Source: Candidatus Iainarchaeum sp.
GTDB lineage: Archaea > Iainarchaeota > Iainarchaeia > Iainarchaeales > 0-14-0-20-34-12
Direction of reading: 5' to 3'
NCBI GenBank assembly: GCA_030649345.1
Contig: JAUSKK010000020.1
Span: 2,010 to 34,009, forward strand
DNA length: 32,000 nucleotides
Position numbers and translations under genes: made by a program. The notes under the pieces were generated by a model, which saw only the letters and a list, made by a program, of their open reading frames with translations, did not search any database and had not been told where the DNA came from. This document shows positions 23,675 through 30,824 of the stretch, piece after piece (position 1 is the stretch's first letter; each line of letters opens with the position of its first letter).

Positions 23675-26299
23675 ATGAGCATTCAATTTCAAACCGAAAA
23701 ACATTCTGATAAAGAAATTTTTGCAAACCTAAATCCTTGGCTGACGGCCTGGTTTAAACACAAGTTTGAAGGATTTACTGAACCCCAAAAATATGCAATC
23801 TTAAATGTGCACAGAAAAGAAAATACTTTGGTTACAGCACCCACAGGAAGTGGAAAAACTTTAAGTGCTTTTTCTGGAGTCTTAAGCGAATTGATTACTT
23901 TAGCTGAGCAAGGAGAATTAAAAGACACAGTGTACTGCATTTACATTTCTCCGCTCCGTGCACTTTCGAATGACATCCAAGTAAACTTAAACGAACCTTT
24001 GGAAGAAATTGAAAAAGCTGCCGGAAAAATTGGAAAAAAATTTGGAATCAGAGTAGGAGTACGAACAGGAGACACTTTGCAATCCGAACGAGCCAAACAA
24101 TCCAAAAAACCTCCGCACATTTTGGTAACCACTCCTGAAAGTTTAGCTATATTACTGAATTCTCCGAAATTTCGAGAACATTTCAAAAACACGCAATGGG
24201 TTATTATTGATGAAATTCATGCATTGGCAGAAAACAAACGAGGAGTGCATTTAAGTTTAAGCTTGGAAAGACTGCAAAGAATTCAGCCCAATATTTGCAG
24301 AATAGGATTAAGTGCAACCATTGAGCCTTTAGAAGAAATTGCAAAATATTTGGCTGGAAAAGAAAACGAAAAAAATTGGAGAGACTGCAAAATTGTAGAC
24401 GCCAGATTTGAGAAAACGTTGGATTTGCAAGTAATCAGTCCTTTGCCGGATTTAATTAATGTCAGTTCAGAACAAGTTCAAAAAGCATTGTATGAAACTT
24501 TGCATGATTTAATTCAAGCTCATAAAACAACGTTAATTTTTACCAATACTCGAAGTGCTACAGAACGAGTGGTTGATCATTTAAAAGAAAAATATCCAGG
24601 AAAATATTTAGGGAAAATTGGAGCCCACCATTCCAGTGTCAGCAGAAGCAAGCGATTGGAAATAGAACAAAGACTCAAAAAAGGAGAACTCAAAGTAGTG
24701 GTGTGCAGTACCAGTTTAGAATTGGGAATCGATATTGGATTTATTGATTTAGTCATTTTATTGGGAAGCCCGAAAAGTATTGCCCGGGCATTGCAAAGAG
24801 TTGGAAGATCCGGACACAAACTACATGACACCATTAAAGGAAAAATTATTGTAATGGACCGAGATGATTTAATCGAGTGTGCTGTTTTAGCCAAACAAGC
24901 CAAAGAACACAAAATTGACAAAATTCATATTCCCACCCAAGCCATGGATGTCTTGGCACAACATATTTATGGAATTGCCATTGGAGAAAAAATTCTGGTT
25001 ACAGAATTATTTGAATTAATCAAAAAAAGCTATTGTTATGAAAAAATAACTTTGCATGAATTGGAAGAAATTTTAAGTTATCTAAGCGGAGAATACACTT
25101 CTTTAGAAGTACGGCATGTGTATGCCAAAATATGGTGGGATAAAGAAACTGGAATGATTGGAAAAAGAGGAAAACTAGCCAGAGTCATTTACATGACCAA
25201 TATTGGAACCATCCCCGATGAAGCCAAAATAAATGTAAAAATTGGATCTGAAGTCATTGGACACATAGACGAACCTTTTTTGGAACGAATGAAAAAAGGA
25301 GATGTCTTTGTCTTAGGCGGAGACAAATACCAATTTTTGTATGCACGAGGAATGACCATTCAGGTCAAAGCCGAGGAAGTACGACCTCCCACTATTCCGA
25401 ATTGGGTTAGCGAAATGCTGCCTTTAAGTTTTGATTTAGCCAACGAAATTCAAAGATTCAGAACATTAATGGAAGAAAAATTTAAAGGAAAAAAAACCAA
25501 AAAAGAAATCTTGGAATTCATTCACACTTATTTGTACTGCGATGGAAAAACAGGAAATGCAATTTATCAATATTTTTTTGAACAATTTCATTACAGCAAA
25601 ATTCCAAACACACATTTGCTTTTAGTAGAACAAGTGAAAGAGAATTCAGGAAATCAGTTAATTTTTCATTCACTATATGGACGAAGAGTCAATGATGTAT
25701 TAAGCAGAACATTTGGATGGCTGTTAAGCAAACTTATGCATAAAGATTTAGCTGTAACCATTAACGATAATGGATTTATTTTAAGCACAGACAAAGGAGG
25801 CATGCAATTTGAAGGAATGATTAATGCATTCAAAAGCGAAAAAAACTTGCATTACGTAATGGAACGAGCCATTGAAAATTCAGAAATATTAAAGCGAAGA
25901 TTTAGACATTGTGCTACACGTTCTTTAATGATTTTGAGAACCTATCGAGGAAGAACCAAGAGTGTTGGACGACAGCATATGAGCTCGCATTTATTGTTGA
26001 GTGCAGTAAAACAGTTAGATGAAAATTTTTCCATTTTACAGGAAGCCAAACGCGAAGTTTTAAAAGATTCTATGGATTTAGAAAATGCAGAAAAAGTCCA
26101 GGATTGGATTAAATCTGGAAAACTTAAAATAGAAATTTTACAAACGGATGTGCCCAGTCCATTTGCATTCAATTTGGTAGCGCGCGGAAGAAGTGATTTA
26201 ATCAAAATGGAAGGACGCTTAGAATTTGTCAAACGAATGCATGCACAAGTTTTGGAAAAAATAAAAGAAAAAGGAAATCAAACAACTAACACACAGTAA
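23675..26299 (+). CDS. lhr: Lhr-type (Lhr-core) ATP-dependent DEAH-box helicase
   Basis: Motif I APTGSGKT, motif II IIDEIHAL, SAT, motif VI LQRVGRSGH, and a long C-terminal DEAD-associated region. 874 aa. Confidence 0.85.
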   Translation: MSIQFQTEKHSDKEIFANLNPWLTAWFKHKFEGFTEPQKYAILNVHRKENTLVTAPTGSGKTLSAFSGVLSELITLAEQGELKDTVYCIYISPLRALSNDIQVNLNEPLEEIEKAAGKIGKKFGIRVGVRTGDTLQSERAKQSKKPPHILVTTPESLAILLNSPKFREHFKNTQWVIIDEIHALAENKRGVHLSLSLERLQRIQPNICRIGLSATIEPLEEIAKYLAGKENEKNWRDCKIVDARFEKTLDLQVISPLPDLINVSSEQVQKALYETLHDLIQAHKTTLIFTNTRSATERVVDHLKEKYPGKYLGKIGAHHSSVSRSKRLEIEQRLKKGELKVVVCSTSLELGIDIGFIDLVILLGSPKSIARALQRVGRSGHKLHDTIKGKIIVMDRDDLIECAVLAKQAKEHKIDKIHIPTQAMDVLAQHIYGIAIGEKILVTELFELIKKSYCYEKITLHELEEILSYLSGEYTSLEVRHVYAKIWWDKETGMIGKRGKLARVIYMTNIGTIPDEAKINVKIGSEVIGHIDEPFLERMKKGDVFVLGGDKYQFLYARGMTIQVKAEEVRPPTIPNWVSEMLPLSFDLANEIQRFRTLMEEKFKGKKTKKEILEFIHTYLYCDGKTGNAIYQYFFEQFHYSKIPNTHLLLVEQVKENSGNQLIFHSLYGRRVNDVLSRTFGWLLSKLMHKDLAVTINDNGFILSTDKGGMQFEGMINAFKSEKNLHYVMERAIENSEILKRRFRHCATRSLMILRTYRGRTKSVGRQHMSSHLLLSAVKQLDENFSILQEAKREVLKDSMDLENAEKVQDWIKSGKLKIEILQTDVPSPFAFNLVARGRSDLIKMEGRLEFVKRMHAQVLEKIKEKGNQTTNTQ

Positions 26300-26300
26300 T

Positions 26301-26362
26301 TGCGTGGTATCGAGCCACAGCGAAGATACCACAAAAGCTTTCCGCCGGGGCTAGCCGGCGAA
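26301..26362 (+). other. Two adjacent GC-rich hairpins between lhr and the phosphoesterase gene
   Basis: GTGGTATC (26304-26311) pairs with GATACCAC (26325-26332). CGCCGG (26343-26348) pairs with CCGGCG (26355-26360). The segment is much more GC-rich than its surroundings. Confidence 0.4.
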
Positions 26363-26387
26363 ATAAAAGGAAAAGAAAAAGGACAAA

Positions 26388-27173
26388 ATGAAAATGAATA
26401 AAGAAAAAATTTTAGAAAAAAAGGAACGAGTACAAATGAGTAATGAAAAAATTTTGGAAAGTACACAAATTTTAAATTCCGGATTGTTCTTCGAAAAATC
26501 CAAAACACTCATTATTGGAGACTTGCAGTTAGGATACGAAGAAAACTTAAACCAGCAAGGAGTCATGATTCCAAGAGTTAATTTAAAGCAAATTATGAAA
26601 AAGCTAGAAGAGATTTTCTCAAAAATTGGAAAAATTGAAAAAGTTATAATTAATGGAGACTTAAAACATGAATTTGGAAGAGTGTCAGAACAAGAATGGA
26701 ATGAAGTATTGGATGTATTAAGGTACTTAAAACAATGGAGCAAAGAAGTGATTGTGGTGAAAGGAAACCATGATGTGTTTTTTGCACCCATTGGAAAATG
26801 GGAAAATATGAAAGTGCAAGAAAATTATTTTTTGGAAAATGAAAAAATCTTAATTTTGCATGGACACAAAATTCCGGACAAAAATAAAGAGTTTGCGCAA
26901 GCAAAGATATTAATTATTGGGCACGAGCATCCAGCTGTGACTCTAAGAGAAGGAAGTACGGTGCATAAATATAAGTGTTTTTTGAAAGGAAAATGGACAA
27001 CCAAAACCATTGTCGTAATGCCTTCGTTTAGCGAGTTAAGCGGAGGACATGATATTTTAAAGCAAGAAACTTTGAGTCCTTTTTTAGAAAACGGATTAAG
27101 TGAATTTCAAGTATGGGTTGTGGAAGATCAAACCTATTATTTTGGCAAAATAAAGGATTTGATGGAAAAATAA
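26388..27173 (+). CDS. SbcD/Mre11-related metallophosphoesterase (archaeal MPE type)
   Basis: IIGDLQLG, INGDLKHEFG, VKGNHD, LHGH and IGHEHP. It lies directly downstream of lhr on the same strand. Confidence 0.75.
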   Translation: MKMNKEKILEKKERVQMSNEKILESTQILNSGLFFEKSKTLIIGDLQLGYEENLNQQGVMIPRVNLKQIMKKLEEIFSKIGKIEKVIINGDLKHEFGRVSEQEWNEVLDVLRYLKQWSKEVIVVKGNHDVFFAPIGKWENMKVQENYFLENEKILILHGHKIPDKNKEFAQAKILIIGHEHPAVTLREGSTVHKYKCFLKGKWTTKTIVVMPSFSELSGGHDILKQETLSPFLENGLSEFQVWVVEDQTYYFGKIKDLMEK

Positions 27174-27182
27174 TCAATTCAG

Positions 27183-27677
27183 CTACAAAAATAATTGAGC
27201 ATAATTTCTTAGACTGAGTAAAAAGTTTTCAGGATTTTTTTCCATTTGCTTTTGCAAGTCATCCGGTGAAAACCATTTGACTTCTTCAACTTCGGTTTCC
27301 TGTGGTTTAAAATAAGAAACAGGCTGATCAATTTTCAAAAAATACCATTGAACAAAATAATGATATTGATTGTCTCGCTTTAGTTTAGGCCCTAATGAAA
27401 ATACGCAATTTTTGATGCCAAGTTCTTCTTCGGCTTCTTTTACAATATTTTCTTCATAAGTCTCATTTTCTTCTACAGTTCCAGCAACTGCAGGCCCCCA
27501 TTTATTGGGATCATGCGCTTTGGTATGATGACGTTTAGCTAAAAGAATTTCCCCTTTAGAATTGGTAACCCATAAAGCAGAAACTCGATAAATATCATTG
27601 GATTTCAAATCAGCATTGTATTTAGACCCAATAATTTTGTCAGTTTCGTCCACAATAACTATTTTTGACTTAGGCAT
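27183..27677 (-). CDS. Nudix hydrolase
   Basis: Nudix box GTVEENETYEENIVKEAEEELGI. 164 aa. Confidence 0.8.
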   Translation of the reverse strand: MPKSKIVIVDETDKIIGSKYNADLKSNDIYRVSALWVTNSKGEILLAKRHHTKAHDPNKWGPAVAGTVEENETYEENIVKEAEEELGIKNCVFSLGPKLKRDNQYHYFVQWYFLKIDQPVSYFKPQETEVEEVKWFSPDDLQKQMEKNPENFLLSLRNYAQLFL

Positions 27678-27707
27678 ATGAAAGTTAGCTCTCAGTAAAA
27701 AATTTAA

Positions 27708-27783
27708 TGGGGTTGCTGAGACCCAAACAGCCGTAACCCAGCTGGCGTGTTAGACTAGCCCAGTCTTACGACTGGGCGGAGGC
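27708..27783 (-). ncRNA. Candidate 76-nt small RNA or tRNA-derived relic sharing the tRNA-Pro 3' end
   Basis: On the - strand it reads GCCTCCGCCCAGTCGTAAGACTGGGC...CTGGGTTACGGCTGTTTGGGTCTCAGCAACCCCA. It has an 8-bp GTAA-tetraloop hairpin (27758-27777). Its last 14 nt are identical to the tRNA-Pro 3' end. TTTATTTAAA (27798-27807) lies about 25 nt upstream. No 5' acceptor strand or canonical T arm is present. Confidence 0.3.
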
Positions 27784-27835
27784 AATTATTTTATTAATTT
27801 AAATAAAGGGGAGATCTGGATTTACCTAAAACTGA

Positions 27836-27852
27836 GAGGGGGAAGCCCCCTC
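27836..27852 (-). terminator. GC hairpin plus T-run just downstream of tRNA-Pro
   Basis: On the - strand GAGGGGG-CTT-CCCCCTC is followed by TCAGTTTT, beginning 6 nt after the tRNA discriminator base. Confidence 0.3.
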
Positions 27853-27858
27853 GCGGTT

Positions 27859-28013
27859 TGGGGTTGCTGAGATTCGAACTCAGGTCCCAACCTAATTCTG
27901 ACTAATACTTTGCCAAACTTTCTTTCTTTTGGCAACGTACATTTTCTTTCTTTCGCAAAGAAAGAAAAGGCCGCCCGAAGGTTGAATACTAGACCAGGCT
28001 ATACTACAACCCC
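27859..28013 (-). tRNA. tRNA-Pro (anticodon CGG) with an 80-nt intron at 37/38
   Basis: 5' exon 28013-27974: GGGGTTG TA GTAT AGCCTGGTCTA GTAT T CAACC TTCGGG. Intron 27973-27894. 3' exon 27893-27859: A GGTTG GGAC CTGAG TTCGAAT CTCAG CAACCCC A. The acceptor, anticodon and T stems all pair, and the anticodon loop is UU-CGG-GA. No CCA is encoded. Confidence 0.85.
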
Positions 28014-28051
28014 AATAGTACTATTTTCATTGGCAAAGATTAAAACGGCTT

Positions 28052-28951
28052 CTATCGAATCAAAAACGCACCAGCGACAATCAATACAATCGCCAGTACT
28101 TTTTGACTTAAAGCAAATGAACGAATATCTTCTTGAAGGAAACGCGGCAAGAAAATAGTCAAAACAATAGCTAAACCAAAAGTAAAAAAGGCACGCAAAG
28201 CACGCAAGGCTGAAACTAGAGGAGAGTCACCTAAAGATAAGGAAATGAATTCTAAAAAAATTCCAATATAGAAAAAAGTCTGGCCAAAGAAAAAAAAAGC
28301 AAACGGTTTCCAGCCAAATTCAGCAAATGCTTGCTTGAACGCAATTTGAGAATTCTTGGTGAAAGCAAAAAGTAAACTAGACAAACCAAAGCCTAACAAA
28401 AAATAAAAAAAACATTCCGAAAAAGACAAAGACACCAAAGCATAATCCAAGACTACTTTAGATACAGCAAATGAAAACGCAGACAACAACATTATTCTTA
28501 AAACAGAGGTTACTGTAAATTTGAATTCTAATTTTTTTAAAGAAATCAAGAATGCTCCCATTACTAAAAATAAAATTCCTAAAAATTGATTGAATGAAAA
28601 AGATTGATGCAAAAACAAAATGGCTAAAACTGTAACAAATACTGGAATTAATTGAAGCAAAGCAATCACTTTCGAAGCTTCTTCTAATTTCATAGAACGA
28701 TAATACAAGACTGTGCCTGCAGTTTCACATAAGCCAGCAAAAACAGAAATTAATATTGGAAATGAAACAATAAAAGAAAACGGGCCAAAAAAAAGCCATA
28801 TGATTGCTGCAATCACTAAAGAAAAAAAGCCTTCAAATACTACAGCTAAATAAGCATTTTTTAAAAATTTATCCAAAGAAACTTTGTCGACAATGGATGT
28901 TAAAGATTCAGAAAAAGCAGATAATAACGAAAAACCAAACCAAGAAAACAT
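28052..28951 (-). CDS. DMT-superfamily (EamA-like) permease
   Basis: About 10 TM segments in a two-fold repeat. The start is placed at ATG 28951 (MFSWFGFSLLSAF...), which has GAGG about 10 nt upstream. The track's TTG 29056 would overlap pyrG. Confidence 0.65.
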   Translation of the reverse strand: MFSWFGFSLLSAFSESLTSIVDKVSLDKFLKNAYLAVVFEGFFSLVIAAIIWLFFGPFSFIVSFPILISVFAGLCETAGTVLYYRSMKLEEASKVIALLQLIPVFVTVLAILFLHQSFSFNQFLGILFLVMGAFLISLKKLEFKFTVTSVLRIMLLSAFSFAVSKVVLDYALVSLSFSECFFYFLLGFGLSSLLFAFTKNSQIAFKQAFAEFGWKPFAFFFFGQTFFYIGIFLEFISLSLGDSPLVSALRALRAFFTFGLAIVLTIFLPRFLQEDIRSFALSQKVLAIVLIVAGAFLIR

Positions 28952-29037
28952 TAAGTCCTCAAAAAAATAGCGCGAAAGAGTTCCAACTAAAAAATATAGC
29001 TGGAAGGGTTTATATTTGTTTAGCGGCAGTATTATTT

Positions 29038-30771
29038 GTGCCCGAAAAAGATGCAACCTTGAATGAAGTTTTTGAAGAAATTGCAGACAAAAGCGGCACA
29101 GAATTCTTTTTAGAACTACCCAAAAACTACAAAAAAGGACAAACCAAATACGTGGTCATTACCGGTTCTGTCATGAGCGGAATTGGCAAAGGAATGATTT
29201 CTAGTTCTTTATGCAAACTATTAAAAGATCGAGAAATTAATGTAGAACCCATGAAATTAGAAGCTTACTTGAACGTTGATTCTGGAACACTGAATCCATT
29301 TAGACACGGAGAAGTTTTTGTTTTAGATGACGGAACAGAGACTGACATGGATTTGGGAAGCTATGAAAGATTTGCTGACAAAAATTTAAGCAAAAACAAT
29401 TTTGTAACCAGCGGACGAATTTATCAAGAAGTTATTCGAAAAGAAAGAGCAGGAGAATATTTAGGAAGAGATGTACAATTCATTCCGCATGTAACAGCAG
29501 AAATTAAAAATGTAGTGCGAAAATTAGCTTTGGAAAAAAAAGCAGACATTGTATTAATTGAAATCGGCGGAACAGTCGGAGATTATGAAAACTTGTTTGC
29601 ATTAGAAGCCATGCGAGAACTGGCTTACGAAGACGGAAAACAAAATGTATGTTTTGTGAACGTGACTTATATCATTGAACCCAAAACATTGGGAGAACAT
29701 AAAAGCAAAGCAGCTCAATTTGGAATAAGACAATTAATGCAAACTGGAATACAGCCGGATGTAATTATTTGCAGAAGTGAAACCAAAATACCGGAAAGAA
29801 TTAAAGAAAAAATCAGCATGAGTTCCAATGTTCACTTAAGCAATATTGTAGGCTGTGAAAATATTGGAAATATTTACGAACTGCCTTTGGCTATGCGGGA
29901 ACGAAATTTAGATGAAATTGTTTTAGAAACACTGGAATGGAATAAAAAATTTCCAATGACTGGAACTGGAAACAAAAAATTATACGAATGGACCGAAAAA
30001 AACAAACCCAAAGAAAATGCAGAAAAAATCAAAATTGGAATTGCTGGAAAATACACTGGAAGTTCAGACACCTACATTAGTATTTTAAAAGCAGTAGAGC
30101 ACTGTGAAGGGCCGGGAAATGCAAAAATTGAAATTGAATGGATTGACACTGAAAAAATTGAAGCCAGAGATAAAAATGAGTTACAGAAATTAGATCAAGT
30201 AAAAGGAATTATTGTACCCGGGGGATTTGGATCCAGAGGCACGAAAGGCAAAATTGAAGTCATTAAATACTGCCGAGAACAAAAGAAACCATTCTTGGGA
30301 TTGTGTTTTGGATTCCAGCATGCCTTAATTGAATTTGCACGAAATGTGTTAGGTTATGCAGATGCCAATACTACAGAAATTGATTTGAAAACAAAACATC
30401 CAGTGGTTGACTTATTGCCTGAACAAAAACAAATCGAAGGACTGGGAGGCAATATGCGCTTGGGCGGACAAGATGTTGAAGTAAAAGAAGGAAGTATTGC
30501 TTGGGAATTGTATGGAAAACAAAAACACGTCAGAGAACGATTTAGACACAGGTATGAATGCAATCCAGAATACATTCAAGAGTTTGAACAAAACGGAATT
30601 ATTTTCAGCGGAAAACACTCCAAGTATCCCATTATGCAAATTTTGGAATTATCCAAAAAAGAACACCCGTATTTTTTAGCAGTACAATACCACCCAGAAT
30701 TTACTTCCAGGCCATTAAAACCAAATCCGTGTTATTTAGGGTTTATAAATGCCTGCAAAAAAGCACAATAG
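29038..30771 (+). CDS. pyrG: CTP synthase
   Basis: KYVVITGSVMSGIGKG, the synthetase domain, and the GATase domain (GLCFGFQ, YHPEF). The start is uncertain. There is no in-frame ATG between 28897 and the conserved N-terminus. Candidates are GTG 29038, TTG 29059 and GTG 29152. Confidence 0.85.
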   Translation: MPEKDATLNEVFEEIADKSGTEFFLELPKNYKKGQTKYVVITGSVMSGIGKGMISSSLCKLLKDREINVEPMKLEAYLNVDSGTLNPFRHGEVFVLDDGTETDMDLGSYERFADKNLSKNNFVTSGRIYQEVIRKERAGEYLGRDVQFIPHVTAEIKNVVRKLALEKKADIVLIEIGGTVGDYENLFALEAMRELAYEDGKQNVCFVNVTYIIEPKTLGEHKSKAAQFGIRQLMQTGIQPDVIICRSETKIPERIKEKISMSSNVHLSNIVGCENIGNIYELPLAMRERNLDEIVLETLEWNKKFPMTGTGNKKLYEWTEKNKPKENAEKIKIGIAGKYTGSSDTYISILKAVEHCEGPGNAKIEIEWIDTEKIEARDKNELQKLDQVKGIIVPGGFGSRGTKGKIEVIKYCREQKKPFLGLCFGFQHALIEFARNVLGYADANTTEIDLKTKHPVVDLLPEQKQIEGLGGNMRLGGQDVEVKEGSIAWELYGKQKHVRERFRHRYECNPEYIQEFEQNGIIFSGKHSKYPIMQILELSKKEHPYFLAVQYHPEFTSRPLKPNPCYLGFINACKKAQ

Positions 30772-30824
30772 GAAAAGTTAATGCAAAAAGCAATAAATAT
30801 AAACTATAAACAGCTAATTAGAGT

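Noticed and set aside
26278-26791. The 76-aa and 146-aa - strand ORFs spanning the lhr/MPE spacer and the 5' half of the MPE gene.
   Set aside because: They are antisense to a phosphoesterase gene with a complete motif set. They are F/S/K-rich low-complexity translations that run through the GC-rich hairpins.
27722-27858. An integrated mobile element between the two 14-nt tRNA-end repeats.
   Set aside because: Only 137 bp separate the repeats, and there is no integrase or other ORF. At most this is a scar, and it is reported as such under findings.
27894-27973. AAAGAAAG/CTTTCTTT repeats that might look like a short repeat array or CRISPR fragment.
   Set aside because: They are the two arms of hairpins within a tRNA intron. 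There are no spacer-repeat periodicity, no multiple units and no cas genes.
27910-28158. 82-aa + strand ORF (MPNFLSFGNVHFLSF...).
   Set aside because: It lies on the opposite strand, across the tRNA-Pro intron and 5' exon and into the 3' end of the DMT permease gene. The tRNA explains this sequence.
28804-29037. The long 5' part of the pyrG ORF as given in the track (TTG 28804, MLQSLKKKSLQ...).
   Set aside because: It overlaps about 150-250 bp of the oppositely oriented DMT permease gene, is K/Q-rich low complexity, and has no counterpart in CTP synthases.
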